Below are positions 35,696 through 47,746 of a stretch of DNA of 64,000 nt, piece by piece. The stretch is from assembly GCA_965603825.1 (NCBI GenBank), contig CBFDEM010000036.1, positions 248,001 to 312,000 on the forward strand, in the 5' to 3' direction. Positions within the stretch are counted from its first letter, which is position 1; each line of letters opens with the position of its first letter. The translations under genes were made by a program, and so were the position numbers. Below the pieces are notes generated by a model. The model searched no databases. It was given only the letters and a program-made list of their open reading frames with translations, and was not told where the DNA came from. Origin of the DNA: Blepharisma stoltei ATCC 30299. Its lineage: Eukaryota > Protista > Ciliophora.

Positions 35696-37411
35696 TTAAT
35701 TAACTATAAACCATTCATCCTCAGCAATCTCGCACGCTTCTTGAAATTTCGGTCTCTTTAGTGGTGCAATTTTGTTTTCTTCTAAATTCTCAAGTAAGTA
35801 TTTTGCTTTTGCCAAAAACCCTTTAGTTGCAATTGGCGCTATCTCCAAATATTTTACAACCATCTTTAGAGCTTTCACAGCATCATCATGAGAGATTTTA
35901 AAATCCTCGTAATTCTCTATTGTGCTCTCTTTTTTATAATTAGCAACTTGTTCTATAATTTCATCATCAGTCAGCAAATCTTCTTCCCTATCAAAAATAT
36001 TATCTTTCTCCAAATATTCTTCGACATCTTTATTGCTCATACTAAGTATCTCTCTGCATTCATGCAATATTTTGTCCATAGAGTCGTCTAAAATCTGCAC
36101 ATAACGAACGAAAATGTTCATTCCTAAGGCATTTCAATCACTTTTCATGATAGTATCAGGGATTTCATTTCAGCTTTCAGCTAAATAGTAAGCACACTGT
36201 CTCAAACCAAATTTCGCTAAAAAATAAATAATCATTTTCTCCAAATTGAGTCCTGAATGCTCTTTTGAGTGTTTAAAAAGCAGCTTAAGTATTTTGAGTC
36301 TGAAGATTTTCCTGAAAGTTCTTATTGAAACTTGGCTTAATGGTTGCACAAGGTGTGTAATATTATGAGGGTAGTATATTATTTTTACATCTTTCGTGTT
36401 CGCTGCTTTTGAAAGATTATGAATTGGTGCATTATCCAACAAAAGTATAGCTTTTTGAGGCAAGTTCTTTGACTCCATATACTTTTTCATGGAAGGTATA
36501 AATTGGTTGTTTAATCAGCTCTCGAATATTGGGTTTGTTATTATACCTTTATTGCTATAAATTCATAAGCATGGCCAGTGCTCGCCGATAGGCTTATGGA
36601 AATCTCCTGCAATCATCAAAGGCAGCCGATGCGAGCCAGTTGCATTGCAGCATAATAGACACTTAACTCTGCTTTGTGAAAGCCTTAGCTTCCACTCGTC
36701 TTTTAACCTGATCGATAGTCCACTTGGAAGTGTTTGCCAAAAAATGCTTGACTCATCACAGGTATAAATTTGCTCTGGAGAATATTTTTCATTTTCAATA
36801 ATAAAATTGAGCTGGTTTACAAAGGCTTTTAACTCATTTTCTGGATGCATAGGTGTTCTATTTGGGCTGCTAATTTTTCCTAAATCATTCCTTGCTATGA
36901 AATTTTTTGTCCAGCTCCATGAAGCACTGAAATCTGGCTGCTCTCCAAATGCTTTTAATTTTAAATGAAACTGTATTGCTTTTTCACTAACTTCATTTTC
37001 CATTATAATTTTGCCAGCGTTGTATCATTGATTGCATCAGATTATAAGTGCTTTTTCTAGAGCGGGGTTATGATTTCTTGAGATTATTTTCTTGCTTTCG
37101 ATAAGTTCGGGGCATTTTTCAGAGTCGATTGCATTTTTGAGTTGCCCCGCTTTTTTTATTATTTCGCCGAAAGTGGAAATTCCAATGCCATATTCTTTTG
37201 CTAGTGCTCTTCTGTTGACTTTGAGGTATCGATAGCGCATAATTAATTCCTGCTTTTGCTCAGCAGTTAATTTTAAGGGTCTTTGTTTTCGAGTTGGAGC
37301 AGGCTTTCCGTTAGCCAATTTTTCATCAGATTCTTCTTCTTCTTCTTGATCTTCTTGACACTTGCTTTCTTCGAAGTCTTCTCATGGATCATTTAGGTTT
37401 AATTCATCCAT
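35696..37411 (-). mobile_element. pogo/Tigger (CENP-B-like, DDE_1) transposase-derived gene, intact 571-aa ORF, probably domesticated
   Basis: Four supplied ORFs share one frame with TGA=W. Two HTH regions (LAKEYGIGISTFGEIIK; LEKALIIW...FSASWSWTKNF), IYTCDESSIFW, CCNATGSHRLPL, LLLDNAPIH, PHNITHLVQPLSQ. No TIRs seen. Confidence 0.9.
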
Positions 37412-37634
37412 TTTTGCAAAGTGCCCCAAAAAATAATAAATTAACAATGAAAATTGGGAAAATAATAGAAAATGGATATTGTCTTTCTGTTTATGAAATA
37501 CTTTTACAACATTATAAAATTGACCCCAGCGCATATCAATCTTTTTCATTTTATAAATAATTGATCCTAAATAGAAGCTTAAAGTGTTTTATAGGTCTCC
37601 TGCATAATTATCTATAATTCATTATTATATCTCG

Positions 37635-40136
37635 ATGGACTCGGGCTCAAAGTAATTCTAACATAGTCAAGAGGAATCAAAAACATCTATAAGATTCCAC
37701 TATAACCACGATCAATTAATTGTTGATACCACTCCTTACGAGCAAAAATCAAGTGCGAGGAATTCGGCAACTACACCAACTACCATGAATCGAAAAAGAC
37801 CATTAAGCCAAGGAAGAAAAATTACCAGCCTCCCCAAAAATAGACCCTCAGTAGGTCAAGAATTTGTTTTAAAATCTAGACTCTCAGTTGGAGCAATTTT
37901 TGCAGGTGGAAAACAGACTTATGAAGGTAACTTATAATTAGCTTCCCTACTCGAAAAAATCAGTACCCAGAAAAGTCAAATCGAAAGCTTAAAAAAGGAT
38001 TTAAAGCACGAAGAAAAACTAGTTAAAACTCTTATGTCAAACCCTGATAATTATTATATTGGGAAATATGCTGAAGAGGCTAAAGCATGAAAAAACAAAG
38101 TCAGTGAGAACAAAAAGGAAATTAAGCATATGGAATTAGAAATTAATGAATTGAAAAAAAATAAAGGTGTATCCAAGGTATGTGAATTAAAAGAAGAAAT
38201 TGGCATTCTCTCAAAAATATGCCGAAATCTTGAAGCGCAATTAGCTGAAAAAACAAGTGATGCTAAAAGCATGCATGAAGAGGAAAAGAAAGTAAAACTA
38301 AAAATCAAAGATTACGAAAATGAAATCGATGCACTGAAAGCACAAAATAAAGAAATTATAAACAAATATCTTGAGAAAGATTCTATTATATCTGAATTGA
38401 AGAAGGAAGTTGAAAAACTTAGCAAGAAAAAGCTCGCAAAAAGAAATCAAGCTTTAAAAAAAGAGGTTGAGCGTTTAAAACTCAGGCTAGAAGGAAACCG
38501 TTTTGCAGTGGCAAATTCTATAGAAAAAGATGTCAAGATTATTGATATTCAAAAACCTCATATCATTGATAGAAATAAAATAGAAAAAACCCTTATTATA
38601 GCTGATATAAAGGGTACTAAATTTAATCGCAATCAGATTCAAACTGAATTGTTGATTCCTAATATAGAAAGTGCAATTAAAAAGAATCCTAAGAATCAAG
38701 TCTCTATTTTAAATACTGGAATTGAACCTGTGCACAAAAGTGCAAAACTCGACCAAGAATATGAAACAGTTTATAATTCAATTCCGAACAATCGAATATT
38801 AAATTCCGAAGTTAATTGCAATCCTATCTCAATAAGCAATGGAACAACTGAGTTTAAGCAAGCTTTAGACTCTGATATTCAAAAAATTCCGAATGAAAAT
38901 CTAATTAAACCTGAAGATCTTTCAGTGCAATTTGAACATTTTTCACTCTGTATGGCAAATTTTGGACTTACAAAATCAGAAGTCCCCGAGTATTTATTTA
39001 AAGAATCTTTTGAAGATGAAATGACAAAAGATGGGCTTATTGATCATTTAAAAAAATTCGATATTATTTTAAAAATGCCAAAACACGAAGAGTTTTGTAA
39101 GTTTCTAATAGAGCCTAATTTAGGAGACTTCTGCGGTCAAAGCTTTCCAAATAAAAAAACAGTAAGTCAAATCTGTGCAAAGCTCATGGCGAATCTCAGT
39201 GATTGGGAGATTATTAAAGATAATGAAGAAGAAAACTTTGATCAAATCATTTATTCGGATTTATGCGAAAACTTACTAGAATTTAAGAAAATATGTAAAT
39301 CATGGGATAAAGACAACTCTGCATGTGTAAGCTTAAATCAAATTGAACAAGTTTTTATAAAATTCCTGAAGAACCCATCGGCAAAATTACTGTATTATAT
39401 AAAATTTTTTTGTTTTTCCTTATTACATCGCATAGATGCCATTCCTTATATTAATGTCTGCAATATTATTCAAAATTTAGGTAAGAAAAAATCAAAGTCA
39501 GAGACATTATCTACTCCAAGTCAAATTGAAGACAATAGGTCTAATAAAAGCGTTGAAAGAGGAAAAAGTCCGATAGAGGAGGAATTTGTTGCTGAAAATT
39601 TTGGGCATACAGAATCAATGAGCGAAGAAGCAGCTGATATAGATATGCTTCATCCTAATGAATTGCCAAGGAATGAGACTCTAGTTTCAACATGTATAGA
39701 GGGAAATATTGAAATAAAAGAAGATAAGGTATTTGAGGAAAATAAATCAGACTTAAGCTCCATAGATAATCCCTCAGAAAGCCACGAATCTGATCAAGAA
39801 ATTTTAGAGGAAGATATGAATCAAGAAGTGAACGAAGAATTAGAGGAAACCGAAAGTATAGAAAAGACTCAAGAAATAACTGAATCAGAAACAGAATTCC
39901 AACATGAGGAGCTGAATAATTTGGTGATCCAAAGCTGTGGACATACAAATGAAGTAAGCTCCAAAAGAAAAAAAGAAAAGGACGAATATGAAATCATATC
40001 GAATACAGAAATTGAGCGGCCTCTAACATCTTTTGAAGAAAGTTCTGAATCTGAAGAAGAAACGTTTAGAGCAGAAGAAGAAACGCATAAAGCAGAAGAT
40101 GAAGAGGAAGAGGAAGAGGAATACAATATTGCTTAA
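37635..40136 (+). CDS. Coiled-coil protein with degenerate EF-hand-like region and acidic tail
   Basis: ATG 37635; introns 37652-37666 and 37927-37941; TGA 38088 read as W joins to ORF 38130..40136. Confidence 0.8.
37652..37666 (+). other. 15-nt intron GTAATTCTAACATAG
   Basis: Removes an in-frame TAA just after the start codon. Confidence 0.82.
37927..37941 (+). other. 15-nt intron GTAACTTATAATTAG
   Basis: Removes an in-frame TAA; frame preserved. Confidence 0.85.
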
Positions 40137-40221
40137 ATCAAAAATTTATAGTATTTTATTAACCCACAACTTTAATTTCTTAATTTTATTTTTGGATTAA
40201 ACCAATTTATTTACTAATTCC

Positions 40222-41202
40222 TTAAAAGTTTAAGCTGATTCCTAGCTCGTCTTTATTTTGGCTATCATTGAGAGCGAGCAAAGTGTTTCCTTTTTCGACT
40301 TCTTTAGCTTTAGGCTTGTTATAAATAACAATTCCACAAAGCACAAGTGTGAAGCTAATAATATAAAACCAGGACATTCCTTCATGAAACAGTAAAACTC
40401 CAAATATTACTCCATATAGTAATGAAGTCAAAAGAGATAAATTGTACATTGTTGCTCCATATTTCACGAAATAGTAAGGGCTGATTGAGTACATTGACGC
40501 CAAACAAATAGCAAACCCTGCATAGCACCCAACCTGAGATATGGAATCTATAGATGTAATATAATCATATTCCATAATCAAAGATTGAGTCAATGTAATG
40601 AGCATTCCAGAAAACCCTAAAGTTGTTAAATAGGTGTTAGGGTCATGATTATTCACAAATAAATGCTCAGACCAAATATTCGTTCTAGCTACATCTTACA
40701 TTGAATAAAGCAAAGTTCCGAAAAGCACACACAAGTCTCCATGTATTGTTCCTCCCCACTCCCATTTAGAACTGTTCAAATCTGAAAGAACCACACAAAT
40801 GACTCCAGTCAAAGCTACTCCTGCGCCTCCATATTCCCAATAGCTAAACCTCCTTTTTAAAAAGATAAAAGACAAGATCATGACCATAATCACAGAAGAG
40901 TTAGAAAGCGTAAAAACGCTAATAATGCTTGTGTACTCATAGCCCAAAATTACTAAAAAGTTGCATTGTGTGTCTGTGAGGGAGGCCAAAGCATATTTCC
41001 AAAGCTGCTTTCAGGCAATTTGACGCTTTGTGTAAATTATGATTGAGAGATATATAACGAAAAGTAAGAAATAATTCCACACTATTTGAAATAGAGGAGT
41101 GTTTAGACCTAGAATGATGAGAAGTTTTGAAAATATGCCTGTGAACGTATTGAGAATAGAAAGAAACTGGCCTGATGCTATTGCAATGATATTGAAATTC
41201 AT
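40222..41202 (-). CDS. SLC35F-family (DMT superfamily) transporter
   Basis: GQFLSIL, DTQCNFLVILGYEYTSI.SV, GDL..L.G..LY, GATMYNLSLLTS. TGA at 41011 read as W; intron 40685-40699. Confidence 0.9.
40685..40699 (-). other. 15-nt intron GTAAGATGTAGCTAG
   Basis: Removal gives LYSITNIWSEHLF in frame. Confidence 0.88.
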
Positions 41203-41370
41203 GTTGTATCAGGCTATTATAATTCAACAAAATTAATATTAAATTAAATTTCATTAAATGTTAGAAATCAGAAATTTTTCTTAAATTGGTGAGTCAGGCT
41301 GCCAATATCAATTCTTTATTATCACTAATTATCTAATCAAAATTAATTTTCTCTTTTATTTAATAATCAA

Positions 41371-42702
41371 ATGAAAAGTGCTGCTGAAAAGTGCTTAGAA
41401 GAGATCGGTTGGGGAAAATATCAAAATTTTCTTTTCATATGTGGCTGTGAAGCAATTGGAATTGGAGTCGGCGCTTCAATGCTTATACCTCTTATTATAG
41501 TTGAGCTTACAGATATCTCAAACGCTAGCAAAGGGCTGCTTGCAACAGTAATGAACTTAGGAATGCTAATAGGTTCCTGGTACTTTGGCAAAAAGGCTGA
41601 CCAAGGAGGTCGAATTTCATATTTCAGACAGTCATCCTATATACTTTTGCTTGGCTTAACTATACTTTTCTTATCAAATACATATTTAGCATTTTTGGCT
41701 GCATTATTTTTTATCGGGTGTGGGTTTGGTTCTGATAACGCTTTGATTAATTCTTTATTAATTGAAAGTATCCCAGCATCAGGAAGAAAATCTCTTGCAT
41801 GGCTGCTAGGATCTATTAATGTATCGAACTGTGCAATTTTTGTTATAGCTGCGGTTGTTGAAGTTTTTAAAGTTACATTTATAAGTGACTGGAGATTAGT
41901 TGCGGGAATTTTCATTATAATTCGTGTGATTTTTATATATTTGAGAAATTTCCTTGAAGAAGGACCAGTTTTCTTATGTAAACAAGGAAAAAACGAAGAA
42001 ATGAAAAAAGTTTTAAAGAAGGTAAAAATTAATTAGATTGCAGATATGAATGGAATGAAAGATTTTGACCCTGAATTGTTAGAAATTGTAGAAAAGCTTC
42101 CAGCAAGTGGGCCTGCAATTTCGGATTTATTCAAGGTACCTTTATCATCAATTACATTTAAATTGATCCCACTTTTCTTCTTCACATTTTTAGGGTTTCA
42201 AGGGATAATCATGTTCTTGCCAAAAATCATTGTAACTGAAACCAAATTACAAAAATTTACTCTGATTGCATTTTTGCAAATTATAGGACTTTTAGGCAGA
42301 TTTTTAGCAGCAAAATTAATTGATACAAACCTAGGGAGAAAATATACAACAGTGCTCAGTCAATTTCTTCTTGCTGCAACTGCTTTTGGCTTTGCATTTG
42401 CAAATGGTTTCATGCAAAATCTGATTGTTAATTTTGTGTTTTCGATTTCGCTATCTATGATGATGGCAGCTCAAAACGTCATTTCGGCTGAAAGTTATCC
42501 GCCATTTAATAGGTCTTTGAGCATTGGAGTCTTAATGAGTGTCGGAAGTGTAGGGGGGATGCTGAGCTCAGTAATACTAGGGGCATTTATAGATAATTTT
42601 GGGGTTTCTATCGCAATGATTTACAGTTCCTCTGTATTTGTCCTTGCTGGTATGGTAGCATCAAGGTTGAAAGAAACTCGAGAAGTTCATAAACAATCAT
42701 AG
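41371..42702 (+). CDS. MFS transporter (SV2/SVOP-like)
   Basis: IGWGKYQ, G..AD..GR, ESIP...R, D.NLGRK, AESYP...R; halves joined by intron 42022-42036. Confidence 0.92.
42022..42036 (+). other. 15-nt intron GTAAAAATTAATTAG
   Basis: Removal gives KVLKKIADMNG, a typical MFS central loop. Confidence 0.92.
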
Positions 42703-42822
42703 CTTATTAATTAAGAAAATATTTAATTTAAAGTGTTTTAAGTTAGCATAATAAGAAAGTGCTTATTTCAATATCATAATTCTAGAGATGTCTAATAAAA
42801 TATTTTAGATAGAAATAAATTA

Positions 42823-44178
42823 ATGGCCAATTCAAGTATTTTAGTTCTCCTTATAGCTATATCATATGCCCTTGTTACGATTCCAATCAGGAAGCAATCT
42901 AAAGAAGGGTTGATAATTGGAGCTTGGTCTTATAATGCAACATCATACCTAAAAAATTATGCCAACATCCAGTATTATGCCCAGATCTATGCAGGCTCAC
43001 CTCCTCAGCTATTTAATGTCCAAGTCAGCACTGCGTCTCCTTGGCTTTGGATTCCTTCCAAAAAATGCCAATTTTCTTGCCACAAATCTTCTAATTATTT
43101 TGACCCCTTCCAAAGCTCAACCTACAAATTGCTTGGAGAAAATTATAAAGTAACATATGGGATGGGATTTATTCAAGGAGATTTAGCAAGTGAAAGCTTT
43201 TCTATTGGAGATAATAATGCCTTATTCATCAAGGGCCAAGCATTTCTTTTAATTCATCAAGATGGAGGATTTAACGGAGCTCTGTATGATGGGATACTTG
43301 GTCTGGAATATGGTGGAACCTCTTTTGGATATCCTAACTTTCTTGACAATCTCCTCATTCAAGGGCAAATTGCTCGTAGAATGTTTTCCGTCTATTTAGG
43401 TGACAATGATTTTCTTGGAAACTATTATGATGGATCAGCAGTCATATTTGGAGGATATGACCTAGAAACATATGCAAACAGTCCAGAAATAAAATATGCG
43501 AATTTGTATCAGATTAATGGAAAGTGGCAGGTACAATTATCTAACCTTAGGGTAAATAATTATCCTGTTTCATCTAACTCTTTTCAAGCATATTTTGATG
43601 TGGGGACAACCCTCATTTATGCGCCCCAGGCAGAGTTCAACAGCATTATAAACAAAATTGCAATGGCAGGGCAATGCGGGATTCAAGACAATTGGCTCGT
43701 ATGTGATTGCGGAACTTATTATGATATCAATAATTATCCATCAATATCTTTTGTCTTAGGATCAGCACATAGCTTTAGTTTGGAACCTCAAAATTATTTT
43801 TATAAGTATGGAACATCTTGCTATTTACTTTTTGCAATTAATCCTTCTAATGCGTGGTTTATTGGTGATGTATTTATGAGAAAGTATTATACCATTTTTG
43901 ATGCAGATTATGCACGAATTGGATTCGCTCTTGCAAAAACTAAGAAATTTACTAAATTGAGTAGCTTTTTAGGAGCTGATGTAAGCGGTATTGATGGAGG
44001 TAGAATTGAAGACCAAGAGAAACTAGAGCCACAAAAAGGATTCCAGATTTCAACAATACTTTTTTATGTGCTTATTTCAGGTATCCTGCTTGGCTTGCTA
44101 TCAGGGTTTATTTATCTCTTCTGCAATAATCAGAAAGGGAATTATCAGGGTTTTCATTATGAAAAGATTCGCGCTTAA
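42823..44178 (+). CDS. Pepsin-family (A1) aspartic protease homolog with signal peptide and C-terminal TM; first catalytic Asp missing
   Basis: QYY..I..GSPPQ.F.V, WLWIPS..C, YG.G.I.G, DGILGL, IGDVFMRKYYTIFD...RIGFA. Catalytic motifs read STAS and DVGT. Confidence 0.92.
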   Translation: MANSSILVLLIAISYALVTIPIRKQSKEGLIIGAWSYNATSYLKNYANIQYYAQIYAGSPPQLFNVQVSTASPWLWIPSKKCQFSCHKSSNYFDPFQSSTYKLLGENYKVTYGMGFIQGDLASESFSIGDNNALFIKGQAFLLIHQDGGFNGALYDGILGLEYGGTSFGYPNFLDNLLIQGQIARRMFSVYLGDNDFLGNYYDGSAVIFGGYDLETYANSPEIKYANLYQINGKWQVQLSNLRVNNYPVSSNSFQAYFDVGTTLIYAPQAEFNSIINKIAMAGQCGIQDNWLVCDCGTYYDINNYPSISFVLGSAHSFSLEPQNYFYKYGTSCYLLFAINPSNAWFIGDVFMRKYYTIFDADYARIGFALAKTKKFTKLSSFLGADVSGIDGGRIEDQEKLEPQKGFQISTILFYVLISGILLGLLSGFIYLFCNNQKGNYQGFHYEKIRA

Positions 44179-44418
44179 TTTAATTAAGTAAATCTTTAGG
44201 TAATGCTTAATAATTTTTAGATTTTAATATCACTATCAGGCTTCTTAAAATTAACAGGTAAAACTCAAAAATCGAAGATTAAAATAGCTCACTAATATTT
44301 ATTTTCCTCATTGATGTTTTATTATAAGTCAGTTTAATTATTCTATAAGACTAATGAATTCACCTTTTAGTTTACTTAGCATGGAATAATCATATTGTAG
44401 CAGAATTTATGAGATAAT

Positions 44419-45009
44419 TTAGTGTAAATATCTTGGAGCCAGCCTTAATGAATGCTCGTCTGAAGATTCAGACAAAGGTCTTACTTGAATATTAATAGCT
44501 GGAAGACTTGGTCTACTAGCTTTTGACTTTACAAATGGCTTTTGTTTGAAAATATCGGTTTCTAATGAGAGGCTAAAATTCATTTCAAGCTTTTCTCTTA
44601 AGGCTAGCAACTTACTTTGGTTCTTTCCATTATTACTGCTTCCTTTAAGAGTCTTGTTTAGCAATGCCCTTGACCCTTCATTTGTTTTATTTCTAAAATT
44701 AGCAAAGCGATTTTGAATTTTTTCTACTCTAAAGAAGTCATTAGCCAAAGATAAATTCGTATATGAATTTTGCAAAGAAATTGATTTTCTATGTTCTTTT
44801 ATTAGCATTTTACTATGAATTTTAGATATTGTTGAAGGTAGAATGTTGGTTTTTGAATGGCTTCCTTGCTTCCTGGCATAAAGCTGTGAAGAAATGTCTT
44901 TAAGAATAAACTTTGAAATTCGAGAATTTGTGTTTGCAAAAGAAGGTAAAAATAATGAAGTCGAAACTTTTTCGAGATCACTGATCAACATCATCGTTTC
45001 CTTTTCCAT
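44419..45009 (-). CDS. Hypothetical basic protein
   Basis: 196-aa ATG..TAA ORF. Confidence 0.65.
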   Translation of the reverse strand: MEKETMMLISDLEKVSTSLFLPSFANTNSRISKFILKDISSQLYARKQGSHSKTNILPSTISKIHSKMLIKEHRKSISLQNSYTNLSLANDFFRVEKIQNRFANFRNKTNEGSRALLNKTLKGSSNNGKNQSKLLALREKLEMNFSLSLETDIFKQKPFVKSKASRPSLPAINIQVRPLSESSDEHSLRLAPRYLH

Positions 45010-45077
45010 TTATTTATGAGTAATAATAGTCAATGAGCAAATAAATAATTAATGAAATAAATTTTTAAATATTAGAT

Positions 45078-46247
45078 TTAATAAGTATGAGAATATTTTC
45101 TTAAGGCTATAATTAAAGCCATAAGAAGGATAAAAGCTGGGCAAGCAAACACGACTGTCATAGATAAGATGTGCGTACTATTTATATAAAATGAAGTTTT
45201 TCCACAATAATATGATGGCTTTTCAATAGGTGTTTTCAATTTTTCGATAGTTATTAGTTCACTTTGAAGAATATTCCCAAACGAATCTCTTATTGCCATT
45301 TCAATTGTTCTTGAATTTCAATCAACTTCAAGAGTACCATAATTAAATTCATAAATTCTAGGTCCAACATTATTACCAAAATGCAAGTCAAAGGTACTTA
45401 AAAAGAGCCCAATATAACCAAAAACTGTGTAAGCGGTATGAGTCATACCACTTGAAGTTACTTCATAAATTGTGTATTTATTGCAATTTTGTTTTAATAT
45501 TTCTCCAATATGGACATCGCCTGACAATAAAATTGCTCCAGGGACCTTTTCAAGATTTTTCATCAATCTGTTGTATGATTTATCGTGCCATCTTTCTGTA
45601 GGCCCTAATCGATCTTGAACTGTTATTTGCAAGCCATTTCCGATAATTGTTATATCGCCAGGATTTTTAAGTTCTTTTTCAAGCCAATTTCACTGCTCTT
45701 CGCCTAAAGAGTCTCCATCAGTATCTTTTTTATTATCTCTGAATCATCTTATATCGATCAATATAATTTTAATCCTTTTTCCATTATTTCCAAACGTGTA
45801 AGATTGATACAGCCCATCATGATTTCATCTTTCACTGTTGTTTTCTCCCAAAAACTCAAGAAAAAGCTGTTTTGATTCATTTTTCATAGAAAATGTTTTA
45901 TCCCCATCATTAATTCCATAATCATGATCGTCTCACACTCCACTGATCATTGAAGTATTGATAAGCTCTTGGTATTCAGAAATATTCTTAAGCTTATTAT
46001 AAAGCATTCTTCAGTTCTCAATATTATTAGGAAATGATATAAAGTGCGTGTAGAGAATATCTGCATATACAGCATCCCCAAGCCATAAAAAGAGATCAGG
46101 TTTTCATTGAGAAATCGAATGAAAAATCTCAGGATTTTTTGCACGATTATGATGATGACATGATCCAAAAGCAATTTTGCTTATTTCTTTTGTCTGATCT
46201 ATAGGAAGAGCTGCAGCGATAGCAGTAAAGAGTAAGACCAAACTCAT
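45078..46247 (-). CDS. PhoD-family alkaline phosphatase with signal peptide and C-terminal TM
   Basis: IAFGSC, WLGDAVYAD, GV[TGA=W]DDHDYGIND, LGEEQ[W], LLSGDVHIGE, EVTSSGMTH; single frame from ATG 46247. Confidence 0.93.
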
Positions 46248-46299
46248 TCTGATAAAATTTCTTTTTAATTAAATATGTTGCAATTATTATAAACACTAA

Positions 46300-47391
46300 T
46301 TATAAGTCGTTTGCCAAAAATCTATGCATCAGAGCCTCAGATGGAGTTGGTCTTCATTCTGGGTTAAATCTCAAAATATCTGTTACGAAATTCCTGAAAT
46401 CAATATCAGGAATTAATTCCTCAATCGAAGCAGCATTTTCAACAGTCTCAAAATCTGAGCTATTGCCGCATAGCTCTGGCCAATTCAGCTGATTTCTTTT
46501 ATTAAAATACACTTTAAGCTTTTTTCCACTCGCTTTTATCATTTTCGTGGGAAATCTGCCAAATAATTTTTCCATCAAAGCTAAATGTGCATAATCATCT
46601 AGTAATGGAAAAAGCATTTTTCCTGTGTAAAGCTCAATTAAAATGCATCCAAGAGACCACATATCTGAGCTCATGCTCCAGCCTGATTGAAGAATCACTT
46701 CCGGTGCGCGGTAATGTCTTGTGCTTATAGTTGTTGAATGATGGTCGTTAACGAATGTTGCGCCTCCAAAATCTATGATTTTTACATCTGTGCTTGCAGG
46801 TCTATACAGTTTCTAAATAAATTTTACTCTTTGAGGGCAATATTTATATTGATCATTAACAAGTAATATGTTTTCTGGCTTTAGGTCAGTATGAGTCAGT
46901 TGGTGTTTGTGCATGAAATTTAAAGATTCTAGAATTTGCCTGCTAAAATCTTTGATTTCATTGACTGTGAATCCTCTGAAACTGTTTCTCTCTATTAGTG
47001 AAAACAAGCTCCTCCCCAATTTTTCAAAAACGATACAATAATGGTTTTCAAAAGGGAAAGCATCCAGTATTTCAACAATATGAGAGTTGTGGTCAATGTC
47101 AAGAGAATTTAGCATTTTTAAGGTTTCTACTTCAGTTTTAGCTTCATTTACATATTCCGGGACCTGCTTAATTATTTTCATTGCTTTTATTTTTTTGTCG
47201 CATAAATCCCTCACTTCCAAAACCCTGCCAAAGCTCCCTTCGCCTAAGTACCTATTGATTATATATTTTCCTTTTATTATGAAGCCTACCTCCCATTGAT
47301 AATGATCTTCAAAACTATCGTCAACGGAAGCGTCTCTGTAAGCAGACTGGTCGAATTCATGAGGGATGTACAATTCTCTACAAGTATACAT
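46300..47391 (-). CDS. CLK/LAMMER dual-specificity kinase
   Basis: LGEGSFGRV, HTDLKPENIL, IIDFGGA, STRHYRAPEVIL, AHLALMEK; intron 46813-46827; TGA at 46354 read as W. Confidence 0.93.
46813..46827 (-). other. 15-nt intron GTAAAATTTATTTAG
   Basis: Joins kinase subdomains VIb and VII in frame. Confidence 0.93.
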
Positions 47392-47746
47392 TTAATTAAT
47401 TGTAACGAAATGGCTATTTGATAACTTATTTGGACAGATTTTTTATTAAGTTTTGAATTTCTACGGATATGCCAGAAACATTTATAATCCATTTATTAAA
47501 AATTATCTCAAAATTTACTAATTTAAATTTGGCTGTTTCCATAATTATAAGAATTCAAAAATTAGCTATTTCCAATTAATTTTACAAGGCCTAGCAACAG
47601 TTTCTAAAAGAAGTGCATGAAAATAATTAGACTTTTTATCCCAAATGAAATGTGAGGTCTATCGGCAGCTAAAGTCCTTAATATTTATAAATTTGAGACC
47701 TCATTTTGCACATAATAGCTTAGTCATTGAAAAATGTAATCACAAT

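Noticed and set aside
35217-37634. Active, autonomous pogo transposon
   Set aside because: No terminal inverted repeats found by eye and the third catalytic Asp is Ser; treated as domesticated instead.
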